DNA of 64,000 nt from IMG/VR virus record IMGVR_UViG_3300032335_001059, positions 22,814 through 86,813 of that record, one strand, 5' to 3'. Both the position numbers and the translations under genes were made by a program. The stretch comes from a virus (lineage: Duplodnaviria; Caudoviricetes). Each line of letters opens with the position of its first letter. The stretch's first letter is position 1. Below the pieces are notes generated by a model. The model was not told the DNA's origin. It saw only the letters and a program-made list of their open reading frames with translations, and ran no database searches. Positions 33,395 to 45,500 of this stretch are shown piece by piece.

Positions 33395-36300
33395 TTAATT
33401 TTCATTTTCAATTTGAATTTGTAAAGCTTCGTTTACAAATCTTTCTCCTTGAGAATATAAAGGAATAGTTCTTGTTACAGATTTTCCTAATTTTTTACGA
33501 GCTTTTTCAGAAACTTCTTCGTCACCAAAAATTACATCATTAAAATTACTAAACATTCTTCCTACACTTTGAACAGTAGATACTGCTGGTGCAGGTGATA
33601 TTAAAATTTGACCTTTACCTTCTATTTCAAATGGAGTAAAAAATGCCATTTCAGCTACATATCTATCAGTTACTCTAATAACATATGCTAATTTTTTACG
33701 TCTTTCTTCATCATCATCATCTCCTTTTAAAGCAGCTAATAATAATGTAGCAGCAGCTAATATAGTAAATTCAGCAATAGATTCTTTAACATTTGCTTTT
33801 TCCATATCATCTAACTTACTCCAATTTAATGATTTAGTAAAAATAAATTTAGTTAATGATACAAATCTACCTTCAATATATTCTTGTAATTGATAATCAT
33901 ATTGACGTTTACCAAAATGAGATTGAATCATTGCTGGCATCCATCCTCTATGTTGCATTACTGCTCTACCAAGAAACCATTTTTTTAATAAAACCTTATC
34001 ATCAGGATTCATATTACCTAAAGCTCTACCATTAACATGAAGAACTTTTTGTCTAAATGCTTCTTTAACACCTTCAGTTATTTCTTCTTTACCTACATAT
34101 TGTAATTCTCCTTTAACTAATTTCCAATCATCCCATTTAATAGAATGTTTGTTAGATTTAATCATTGCAATTAAACCTGCTTTATGTAAATGTGCTTCAG
34201 TCCATTGCATAAGTGAGTATGGTCCAGGAACTTTATGTAATATTTTGTTTTCAGAACGTATTTTATTAAATTCATCTTTAACAAATTCATTTATTTCTAC
34301 ATTTAACATTTCAACAAATTTGTTAGCTTTAATAATATCTTCACTTAATTCACTAAATGGTCCAGCACTTACTACAAGTGAAGCAAATCCATAATTTTTA
34401 CTACTATACCATTTTCCTCCAACTCCCATTAATAATTGCATTGATTTACCACCAAGTATGTTAGTTACAGGAGAGTATAAGTTATAACCTATATTATTTA
34501 AACCAGTATATTTAAGCAAAACGTCTTTTGATTTACTCCAAGATATTATTTTTTCTGTTCCTTTAGGTATTAAACCTAATGCTTCAGTAATACCATTACC
34601 TGTAACTTTAAATCCACTTTCTTTTTCTACAGTTTTACCATATACAGTAGTATCAATAAAATTTTCAAATCTTCTAATTTCATTTTCTAAATTTTTAGAT
34701 AATTTAATATTACCGTAACCTTCTTTAACTTCTTCTCCAACAACATTAGTTATTGTTTTTTCTTGTTCTTGTAATACATTTTTAGCTATTTCTAATGTAG
34801 TTTCAATAGATTTAAGTTCTTGATATCTTACTGCTGATTCATAAAATACAGCTAAGCTATAACCTAAATCATAAGATTTATCTTTTTGAACAAAATCTTC
34901 TCTTGTGCTATTAGGGTCAAACTTTCTTTTACCTAATACAGGAATGCTTTTAACAAGTTCTTTAGTAAAAGGGTCAACTTTATTAACTTCAGCTTCATCA
35001 AAGTTAATAGTTATGCTATCAATTAAAGATTCTCCTAATTTTAAACTACCTATTCCGTTATTAATAATTTTATTCAATAAATCTTTTTTAAATTCAGGTA
35101 TAAAATTTTCAGATATATCAAAAGGTAAACCTCCATCTTCAATTTCTCCCATAACATAAGTATACAAATCATAAAATTCTTCTACAACTGTACCTTTATA
35201 TTTACCTTCTTTAATGTCTACCCATTTAGAATCTCTCCATTTAAGTTTAGGTTTATAAAATTTAGTTATTGTTTTATTATCTTTAACCCATTCTTGTAAA
35301 TACTTAACGTTATCTTCTTTAACAAATTTTTCAGCTAATTCTTGTTGTTTTTCACTACTTAAATCTGCATATTTTTCAGATGCTTTAATATAAGCTAATT
35401 TACGAGCAACTTCTGATGTAGAATTTTCTAGCATTTCTTTTTGTCTAGATTCAGCTATTTTATATTTTTCATTATCGAAAGTAGCATTTTCAGAAAACCA
35501 AGAAATATCTCCTTTTGAAATAGCTTCTTTAGCTTCAATATAAAATTCACCTTTAAATTCACGAATTAAATATCCTGTTTTTTTACCTTTAACTGTTTGC
35601 AAAAACATACTATACATATCTTCACCAGTTTTACCAGTAAAAGTTTGCAAATCACTAACTAATTTTTGCAATTTAGTTCCTAAAGTTCTAGCTTTATTTC
35701 TACCTATTGCTAATCTTTCTTGTACTTGTTTGTACATAGAAGCTATAATAGGAACTTCAGAATAAGATGCACCTAAAGCAAAACCTTGAAAAGCATTAGT
35801 ATCTTTAATAGGTTTTAATACATCATCTTCAGTTTCAATAGGACTTCCTTTAAAACTTAAATTTTGAAAAACATTCTGAACAAGTTTATTTTGAACTTTA
35901 TCATTTAATTCTTGATATAGTAATGAAGCTCTACCAACTATTTCTTTAATCATAGCTTCATCTTTTTTATTATCAGTTTTAATATATTTATTTAATTCTG
36001 AATATGTTATTAAATCGTTTTTAAAATCACGATAATTTGCGTCAACATCATCACTTAAAGATAAAGCACTTTCAATAGCAGCTAAATCAGAAAAAGCGTT
36101 TCTTAAAATTTCTTCATTTGATATATCTTGTTGAAGCTTACTCATTAAAGAAGTTTTAGCAGCTATCAATCTGTCTATTTTATCAGAATTATTTTTGTTT
36201 CTAATACTTACTAACTTTTCTACTTGTTTAAATAAAGAACTTAACATAGTGTTAATTTTTTTATTTTTAGAAGTTTGAGCTAGTACAGGAAGTCTTTCAG

Positions 36301-39300
36301 AAACAGTATAAGATATACCGTTTTTAGTAGAAGCTTTGACATAAAGTAATTCTTGAAAATCTACTTTCTTTTTTTTATCTTGCAAAGTTTCTTCTACCAT
36401 TTCTTTATAATGCTCTTGTTGTTCAGAATTACCTCTAAACTTTTTATACTTAGTAGTTGGATTTCTACTACGTATTGAAGTTTTGTAATCTAACATTTTT
36501 AACTCTTTATCTTTAGTTATTTCCAATAAATCTATAGTACCTGCTTTCTTTTTCTTTATAGATGCAATAGGTAATTCAGTAACTAAAACGCTACCTTCTT
36601 CTTTAGCTTTATTAATAATAGGGTCAATAATAGCATGAATGTTTATTACTGTACCTTCGCTAACTCCTTCTAAAGGTATTCCGTTAAAATGTCTATTGTA
36701 TTCAGGAAAAGCAGAAGCTATTCTGTTAGCAGCAACAGCATGAAATATATCACCTAATGCTTGAGCAGTAGTGTTAGTTAAATTATTAAGATTTCTATTT
36801 TTTTGAATTAAAGTACTAATTCTAGAAAAACCTGATTCACCATTAACTATATATGTTTTACCATCTGCTGATAAAGTAATATTATTTTTTAATAAATCAT
36901 TATATATTTCAGCTTGAGTATCTAATTCTTGTTGAAATGAAATTTTATTAAATGTACCTTTTTGAAAATTAATCATGCTATCTTCAACAACACTACTAGC
37001 CGCAGCAAATACTTCATCAAATAAAGTAACATCTTTTATTTTAAAAATATTTTTAAATATTTGAAGAATTTCTTCCCATAAATTTTTAAAAGAACTTCTA
37101 GTTGCAGGTAAATTTTTTAAGTCATTGATAAAAGTAGAATCAGTAAAAATATGAGTTAAAACTTCATCTATATCAAAAATAGAATATTGTTTAGTAATAT
37201 TATTTTTGTTATTTTTTAAATGTAACCATAACCTGTTTAAATTTTTTACATTTTCATTATCAGGATTAGCTTTAATAAAATTAGAAGTATAAGCATGTAA
37301 TATTTCATGTAACATTAAAGGTATAGGGTGAGCTTTTGTACCTGATGCTACATATATTTTATCATCTCTAGTATCATAAAAAGCAGCTCCTTTAAAATCA
37401 TCACCTAAATCCTCTTTCATATTACGATTAGGTATATTATTTTTAGTAAAATAAGGTACGCTAATTACTTCAATAGGTACATTTAAATCTAATTTTAATA
37501 ATTTTTTAGCAACATTGCTCATAGTACTTTCACTATTAGCAATTTTATTTAATACAGTAGTAGAATCGTTAATAGGACTTCCTAAAAAATCTAATATTCT
37601 GCTATTAGAATCTATACCTTCTTCTTTATTAAATAATATTTTATTACTTAATTCAGGTGTAATTTCTATTTCATTCCAAGTATTACCATATTCATCTGTA
37701 ATTTTATTTACTTTATAGTTTTTATTAAGAATATTAGTTACAGTATTTTCATAGAAATTATAAATAGGTTTTAAAGCACCAAATCCTTCTGTTCCTACTC
37801 TTTCAAGTTCTTGTTTAAGTTGGGCTATTTCATTGTCTATGCGTTTTTCTTGCTGTTCTACAGTAATAATAAACTTTTCTTTTTGCTTAGAATTCAAATC
37901 AACATAATCAAATTTTACACCTGATGGATTAGTTGTAGATTCTCCTGTTTTATTTAACGAAGTTTCTTTATCACTATAAACTGCATAACCATTTTTTTTA
38001 TAACCATTTTCTACAGTTAGATAGAAAACTTTTGTACCGTCAATTATTTCAGAAGTAAAAACATTTTGTTTTTCTTTTAAAAAAGATTTTTCTTTTTCAA
38101 GCTCTTTAATTCTATCTTCTTTCTGTTTCTTAAACTCTTCTAAAGTAGTATGTTTTTCAACTTTACTTGCTGTATTACCAGTAGGAAATAATACTTTTTC
38201 ATACCCTTTTTTAGCACTATCTTGTATAATAGATTTAACAAAGAATGTTACCCAATTATTATCTTTATTTAGGAGTTGTAAGAATTGGTTTTGACTATTT
38301 CCATTTTGAGTGTGCAAATCATTAACTCTGTTATCATACTCTTCTTGTGATATATACTTTTTTCTTAGGGCTTCTTTTAATTCAAAAATTAATCCATTAT
38401 AATTTTCTTTTTGAGAACTTAAATTTCCTTTATTTCTACCTTTCTGAAATAAATCAGATTGTACTTCTAGTATTCTACGGATTTTAAATTTACTTTCTGT
38501 TACAGCTCTATCAATAATTTTAAGATATTCATATTCACTAATTTCCCCTTTTTCTTTTTTAATTTCAGCCTGTTTAAGATATTCTGGTATAATATCATCT
38601 GATACTTCATCACTTCTAAACCAACCGATACCTTTATCAGTAGCAAATTGAGCATGACCTTTAATACTAGGTGTAATACCTGGTGTAGCTATTTCTTGTT
38701 CTGTATAATTAACTCCTCCTGGAACTGTTAAATTAGAGTGATAAGTAGTAGGTCTTTCGTTAGCTTTTAATCTTTTAGAAACTTCATTATAATATTCATC
38801 TGAACCAGGTTCTAACAAACCTTCATTATCTATTTGTCTATAAATTTTATCTAATACTTCTTCTTCAGTTTCTGTAAAAGTATTTCCTGAATCATTAGAA
38901 GTTGTAAAACCTTTACTTTTAGCAAGATTAATTTCAATAGTAAAACTATAATTGGCTAATAAATTAGTAATTATTTCTTCTCTATTAGTTTTACCACTAT
39001 CTAATATCAACTGTTTTTGCTCTTTAGGTATAGCAAGTTCAGTAAGAATTTTATTTAAATCCCAATTAGCTTTTTTACCTTTTTCAAAAATTTGTTTAGC
39101 TTTATCAGAATTTAATATATCTATTGATTTTAATCCATAATTTACAGAAGGTTCTTGTTGAAACAAAGACATTTGGTTAGAATCACCGTCCTTTTTTGTC
39201 CATAACTTTTTAGCTAAACTTATAGACCATATATTTTTATTTACACCACCTATATTAATTGGTTCAGCAGCATAATCATAACCTTTTTCATTTAAACTAT

Positions 39301-39571
39301 TAGCAAATTTAGTAGCTGTTTCTTTAGTAAAAAGTTTGCGTTCACCTTGATTAGTTAATAATTTAAAACTTTTATAAAGTTCTAAATTTTGTTTCCAAGG
39401 TAAAGTTACCATTCCCATATCAAATATAGTAGGAATTGCAGAAGTACCTTTGTTATTAGCATTTTGCCAATCTTCTATTTTAACAGCAGTTGTTGCTGAA
39501 GAATATCCTAATTTTTTACTTAACTCTTTTACTTTAGGTAAGTTTGGTCTTATACATCTATACTGTCCCAT
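33395..39571 (-). CDS. Giant crAss-type ejected (polyvalent) protein
   Basis: 2058 aa; zincin motif HEILH; PD-(D/E)xK motif GTIDLL...MLDYKT; position next to the RNAP gene. Confidence 0.8.
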   Translation of the reverse strand: MGQYRCIRPNLPKVKELSKKLGYSSATTAVKIEDWQNANNKGTSAIPTIFDMGMVTLPWKQNLELYKSFKLLTNQGERKLFTKETATKFANSLNEKGYDYAAEPINIGGVNKNIWSISLAKKLWTKKDGDSNQMSLFQQEPSVNYGLKSIDILNSDKAKQIFEKGKKANWDLNKILTELAIPKEQKQLILDSGKTNREEIITNLLANYSFTIEINLAKSKGFTTSNDSGNTFTETEEEVLDKIYRQIDNEGLLEPGSDEYYNEVSKRLKANERPTTYHSNLTVPGGVNYTEQEIATPGITPSIKGHAQFATDKGIGWFRSDEVSDDIIPEYLKQAEIKKEKGEISEYEYLKIIDRAVTESKFKIRRILEVQSDLFQKGRNKGNLSSQKENYNGLIFELKEALRKKYISQEEYDNRVNDLHTQNGNSQNQFLQLLNKDNNWVTFFVKSIIQDSAKKGYEKVLFPTGNTASKVEKHTTLEEFKKQKEDRIKELEKEKSFLKEKQNVFTSEIIDGTKVFYLTVENGYKKNGYAVYSDKETSLNKTGESTTNPSGVKFDYVDLNSKQKEKFIITVEQQEKRIDNEIAQLKQELERVGTEGFGALKPIYNFYENTVTNILNKNYKVNKITDEYGNTWNEIEITPELSNKILFNKEEGIDSNSRILDFLGSPINDSTTVLNKIANSESTMSNVAKKLLKLDLNVPIEVISVPYFTKNNIPNRNMKEDLGDDFKGAAFYDTRDDKIYVASGTKAHPIPLMLHEILHAYTSNFIKANPDNENVKNLNRLWLHLKNNKNNITKQYSIFDIDEVLTHIFTDSTFINDLKNLPATRSSFKNLWEEILQIFKNIFKIKDVTLFDEVFAAASSVVEDSMINFQKGTFNKISFQQELDTQAEIYNDLLKNNITLSADGKTYIVNGESGFSRISTLIQKNRNLNNLTNTTAQALGDIFHAVAANRIASAFPEYNRHFNGIPLEGVSEGTVINIHAIIDPIINKAKEEGSVLVTELPIASIKKKKAGTIDLLEITKDKELKMLDYKTSIRSRNPTTKYKKFRGNSEQQEHYKEMVEETLQDKKKKVDFQELLYVKASTKNGISYTVSERLPVLAQTSKNKKINTMLSSLFKQVEKLVSIRNKNNSDKIDRLIAAKTSLMSKLQQDISNEEILRNAFSDLAAIESALSLSDDVDANYRDFKNDLITYSELNKYIKTDNKKDEAMIKEIVGRASLLYQELNDKVQNKLVQNVFQNLSFKGSPIETEDDVLKPIKDTNAFQGFALGASYSEVPIIASMYKQVQERLAIGRNKARTLGTKLQKLVSDLQTFTGKTGEDMYSMFLQTVKGKKTGYLIREFKGEFYIEAKEAISKGDISWFSENATFDNEKYKIAESRQKEMLENSTSEVARKLAYIKASEKYADLSSEKQQELAEKFVKEDNVKYLQEWVKDNKTITKFYKPKLKWRDSKWVDIKEGKYKGTVVEEFYDLYTYVMGEIEDGGLPFDISENFIPEFKKDLLNKIINNGIGSLKLGESLIDSITINFDEAEVNKVDPFTKELVKSIPVLGKRKFDPNSTREDFVQKDKSYDLGYSLAVFYESAVRYQELKSIETTLEIAKNVLQEQEKTITNVVGEEVKEGYGNIKLSKNLENEIRRFENFIDTTVYGKTVEKESGFKVTGNGITEALGLIPKGTEKIISWSKSKDVLLKYTGLNNIGYNLYSPVTNILGGKSMQLLMGVGGKWYSSKNYGFASLVVSAGPFSELSEDIIKANKFVEMLNVEINEFVKDEFNKIRSENKILHKVPGPYSLMQWTEAHLHKAGLIAMIKSNKHSIKWDDWKLVKGELQYVGKEEITEGVKEAFRQKVLHVNGRALGNMNPDDKVLLKKWFLGRAVMQHRGWMPAMIQSHFGKRQYDYQLQEYIEGRFVSLTKFIFTKSLNWSKLDDMEKANVKESIAEFTILAAATLLLAALKGDDDDEERRKKLAYVIRVTDRYVAEMAFFTPFEIEGKGQILISPAPAVSTVQSVGRMFSNFNDVIFGDEEVSEKARKKLGKSVTRTIPLYSQGERFVNEALQIQIENEN

Positions 39572-39575
39572 AATT

Positions 39576-42500
39576 TTATTTTTTTAAACCGTAACAATCA
39601 ATAGTTATTTCTTTTTGTTTTTCAGTCATACTGTTAAATTCTTCTGAAGATATTCCAGCTCTTTCTATACCAAATTTATCATCTTCTGATAAAGAATCCC
39701 AAGTTAATTGAAAAGCAGGCAAAGTTGCAATCTCTGTTTCGACAATCACTGCATCTTCCCAAACTACATCTTCAAAAGGTGCTTGAGTATCAACTTCTTC
39801 TTCATTATTAAATTTAGCTTTAACATCAACATCATCACCTACAATACCATTATATAAATTAGAAGCTCCAGTAATAGGTATTCTGTAATAAGATAACGAC
39901 TCTTCGTTTATACTATTTAATTTATATAAACCTAATTCGTTTAATTTAAAATCAAATTTAGTAATGTAAGATTCAGGATTATTATTGTATTCAATTTCAA
40001 GATAATCAGGTAATCCTATTTTACCTTCAAGTATTTTACTATAAGATATCTTATTGGCAAGACCTTTTAATGTAGGTAAATTTTGAATTACTTTTTCTAT
40101 CATATCTGGATATTCTACTAAAGAGTTTTTAGTCAAATCTCCAACAACTTCCACAAAATCCTCAACAGGTATGTATTTGTAAAAAGATACTGGAGACTCT
40201 ATTACTCCCGTTTGAAACAAAGATAATTTAATTAAATCTGTATACAAAGCTGGATATTTAAATTTAAAATCTCTAAAGCTTTCGTTAATAACTTTATCTA
40301 AATTATTATCAATTCTAATAGTATTATCAAATCTAACAATATCAGGTTTACCTTGAGTTTGAGCAAAATCTACGATTAGCATATTATCAAAAAGATAATT
40401 ACCTTTCATTTCATCAGATTTGATTAATTTAGATATTTGTTTACTTACACTATTATCACCATATACGTTATTATCAAACCATTCTTTTTTGTTTTGTAAA
40501 TTATTTTGAATAATAATGTTAGTTAACATTCCATAGATTTTATATAAAGATTCAGGCTTTAATTGAGAATTTTTATCAAGAATATTCATTAATGATTTTA
40601 AAGCTATATCTGAATTAAATATTTTATGTACAGCAACTGAAGGTTTGTACAAAGCAATAGCAGTATCTAACACGTTTACTTTAAAAGGACGTATAATAGT
40701 TTTATCAACTAAAGTATAAATTCCATCAAAAATGTTATTATCTAACTTTTTATAATTATAATCATAAATCATACTTTCAGGTAAGTTTTTACCTGCACCT
40801 TGAGTATCAAACTTTAAAGAGCTAATTGCTTTACGTAAATCCATAGCGTATTCAGTGTAAAACAAATAATCATCAAGTATATTTAATTGTGAAGAATTTA
40901 CAGGTTTTTCAATAAAACTTAATAATTGCTCTTCATCGTAAATTCTACCTTCAGGATTTGCAGTAGGTATTTTTTTACCATTTAAATCTACTTTAGCTTT
41001 TAAATATTCAGAATCAACACTTGCTCCTCCAAACATTTTTCTAACCTCAAGAATTATATCATTTTTAGTTTTATTTTCACCTAAATTAACTCTTCTATAT
41101 TTAGAAACTAAACCTTTATTTTCAGAAGTTTTTTTAATAAATTCTAATATAATAGGTTGAGTCATAAAAAGATTAACCCATTTATCAGGTACTCCTGCTT
41201 CTAAAAGATAGTAGTGAACATCATTAGTTTTACCATTAGCGTTTAATTGAAAAATAAATGGAGTTTTAGCAGCATCCACATTTGCAGATAAATGTTGATT
41301 ACCAATTAAATCTATAATAGATTTACCTTCAGCATTATTCTTTTTACCTAAAATAATTTTACCATCTTCATTTAAATTTAAATAACCTTTAGGTACAAAT
41401 AATCTATTACTGTAATCTTTTTGAGTTAAAGGAGATATTTGAGTAAGTGCAGTAAATACAGATTGACTAGCAGATTGACCTACTCCAGCTTTAGCTGACC
41501 AAAAGTTTTTACCTACTCTAACATTAGTACCTGTCCAAAATTGTTTAATACCTTTATAATCAACAGTTACTTTATATTTTTCTTGTTGAGCATTATTAAT
41601 TTTTTCAGCTTGTTTTTGTAAATTTTCAGCAGAGTTAGGAGTAACATAATCAATAAATCTTTCTGGGTCTTTAAGACGTTTAATTAATAAAGTTAAAAGT
41701 TTATTTTGTAAACGTTTCTTTTCAAATCTACGTCCTAAATCACCACCTAAAGGTATAGGTAAAGGTTTTTGATTACTCTTAATAAATAAATCTAAAATCT
41801 TGTCATCAGTAATTGTATTTTTAATTTTATTATACTCTTTAATTTTTTCTTCAGACATGTCAGTTATATAGTTATATAAAAACATATTTAACTTATCCAC
41901 GTCAAAATCACCACCTGATTGTACAGTAATTTCGTAAGGAACTGCTGCTAATAAATCGGTATTTTTAGGTAAAAATCCAACTACTTTGAAAGCTAACATT
42001 GAATTTAAACCTTGAGTAGGAATACGATAACCTAAAGATTCTAATAAATTATTATCTAATGTATTAATATCAAATTTACCTTTAAACCAATTAGGTAATA
42101 ATATTTCAGCTACATTTATTTCATCATTTACTTTATTGATAAAACCTAATCTAGCATTACTATTATTAAATTTATTATCAATAAAATGTGATTTATAAAA
42201 TTCACTATCTTTTAATATATCACCATTTCTTAATGCTTTATTTAAAGATTCTTCAGTAGCATATTCAAATCCAACAGAACTTGTTTGTACATAAGACCTA
42301 CCAAACATTTTTTGTTTTAAAATTCTATTATTTAATAAAGCATTCATTAAATTTTGAATTTTATTTCTACTTGGTAAAGCATCAATAGTTAATTCTTGAC
42401 TTTTAAGATAATCTAATCCATATATAACATTATCAGATTCTTCTCTTTCAATAGCTGATTGTTTAAAAATATCAATTAATTTACCCCAAGCATCTCTGTC

Positions 42501-45500
42501 TAAATCTCCTTCTCTTAATCTATCTAAAGATATACCTAAAGATTCAGCTAAATTAGCACTTTCTATTTCAACTAACTCATCTATAAGTTTAAGAAACTCA
42601 TTATAATCTTCTTCATTTTTAAATTCTTCACCTGCATTAACTGCATTTTGAGTAATTAATTTACGAATCTGACTACCAAATAAAACTTCCCATTTATCTT
42701 TTTTAGGAGATATATCTACTTGAATTTTTAAATCTTGAATATTAAGAGTATGAATAGAATCTTTATTTACTTCTCCATAATAATTAGATTTATTTATTAA
42801 ACTACCTACTTTGTTACCACTTTCAAATACACCAATAGATGAACCTGACTCTAACATTTTTAAATTAGTTTGCTCTAAAACTCTACCTTTAATTAAAGAA
42901 GGTACTAAAGGATAAACAGCAAACTTATAATATACAGGTATAAATTCTTCAGTATAACTAGCTTCTGGTCCAAAATGAACTAATTTTAATGGAGGCCATG
43001 CAGAATCAGAAAGAGAATTTCCTTCCATTTCAGCTACAAATTGTTTTTCTAATTTTTCATTCCATTGACCAGTTCTAATCATGTATTCACGATAGAATTG
43101 AAATGTAGAAAAACCTTGTGCATCAGTAGCATTAACTTTTTCATAACCAGTAACATCTAAAGATTTTATATAATCTGCATTGTATTTAGATTCAACTTCT
43201 ACATCAGAAAAGACTAATCCTTTAAATAAAGTAGGGTCGCTAGGTAAATTCTTTTCGTATTCTCCGTAAAATTGTTTTCTACTATCTACAATAAAATCGT
43301 TAACATTAGTATCAATAGAAGGAATACGACCATTAGCACGAATAGCAGGAGTACGTTTAAATAAATCTTTATAAAATGCTGGATTACCGAAAAAGATATT
43401 CATTTGTTCTAAATTAGTAACAAACTCAGTAGAAACTAATGCTCCAACAATTTTATTTACAGTTATACTATCGTTTACTAAATTACCTAATACAGTGTAA
43501 TCTTTTCCAGTTTTATCTGTACCAACATAATTTCTAGTCAACTCCATTGCATCAAGATATGCTTTGTACAATTCTTTTTTGATAACATTAGAAAATTCTT
43601 CTTTAGTTGAAAAACTACCTAATTCATCAAATATAGCAGAAGCTTTACTTACTTTAAATATTTTATTAATTCCTTTATCTTTAAATACTTTATCAAATTC
43701 TTTGTAATTTAAATATATATCAAATAATCTATCTATAAGTGAGTTAGGTACTTCAAGATAATCATCATTAATTGTAACTTCATCTGGTTTAACAATTAAA
43801 CTTTTATCATTTATAGTTAAACCATATACTGATTTTTTATCAGCCATTTGCATAAACTGAACTGTAGGATATTTATTTTTATCTCCATATAATCCTACTA
43901 TTTTGTGCATTAACAATTCTTCTTCAGTAAGAGTAGATATATGTTGACCTTCATTTCCTATTTCATTAAATTTTTGACCATCAACTAAAGTTATATCAAC
44001 TTTTCCTTGAGCAATAGCATCCCATAACTTAGAGTTTTGAGTAGTTATAGTTTTAGCCAATCCTTTTTTAATTGCATCTAATTTTTGAAATAAAAATGAA
44101 GGTTTAGCAAAAGCATAAACAGTTTCATTTTCAGTATTTCTAGATTGATTTTCAGTAATAGAAGTTGTAGTTTCAATATCTGCTTCAATCAAATTATTTA
44201 AAGCATTTCTCCATTTAGCTACAGCTTGTCTACTAGATTTATCTTTAACAGATATAGCTTCTTCTAAAGAAGATTCATACCAAAAAGGAGTAGTTACAGT
44301 TAAAGTTTGACCGTCAACTACTACAATCTTTTTAGGTAATGTACCTATTGCTTCTTTAAAATTAGTAATTAAATTTTCAAGATTAGAATCAAAAGGTGCA
44401 TTAAACTTCATACCTACTTTTTCAGCAAATTCTTTAGCTGGTAATTTTTGTAATTCAGAATAATTTCTAATAAACCTTTGTCCATCAACAGTTTCAACTA
44501 TATCAGTAGACATTAAACCTGTTCTCCAAACTTGTCTGATTCTATTTTTAATTGATTCTTTCATTGAATCAAGAACAACATTAGTATTATTACCGTAATA
44601 TATTTGAGTTAACATTGTTTGGTAAACTAAACTTAATGCATCAAAAAATTGAGTATGAAGAAAAACTTGATTTGCAGTAGGATTCATATCACCTAAGCTT
44701 TCTTTTATTTGACCTACTAATCCCCAATTTCTAGCTTCAAATTCAGTAGTAGGTTCGCTATCATAAATAGCATTAAGCTTATCCATCATTTCTTCAAAAG
44801 TAAATGTATCGTGTAATAAATTAGCAAGATAAGCTTTTACTTCACTAGAAGGAATTAAAGGTTGATGTCCATATTCAGTATAATCAGCAGTTTGGTCTAC
44901 AACAGTATTAAGTAAAAAATCTATTTTTTTAGACATACCAGCAAAACCTGATAGCTTATTACTTTCAGCATAATTTTCTGTTCTATTTCTTGTATTATTA
45001 TCGCTACTTTCTTCATCTTCTTCAAATTCAAAACCTAAATCAGTTAAAGTTTTTTCTTTAAAAGTAGTTAAAAATTCATCAGGTTTTAAGTTAAAAGCTG
45101 AATTATATTTTAACATTTCAGCTTTAACGTAAGTATTAAATTCAGGAAGAGAATCAGCTAATTCAAAATCAGCAAAATTTACTCCTTTTTCAGCTACAAA
45201 TAATCTAAAGTAAGAAAGTAAAGCTTCTTCAATTTTTTTATTTTCAGAAGGAGATATTTCAAATGTACTAAATAAAACTAAATCTTTACTTCCTTCACCT
45301 AATCTATTAATATAAGAAGCTTTATTATAATAACCTTCATTTAATTTACCAAATACTTCATTAACAGTAGCAGTATTTAAATTTAAAAAAGATTTGATAA
45401 AATTCCATAATCTTCCAAACAAAGATTGTTGTTTAGCAGGAAATGATAATTTACCATCAGACATTACATAATCTCTAAACTTTTCAGCTAAATATTCTTC

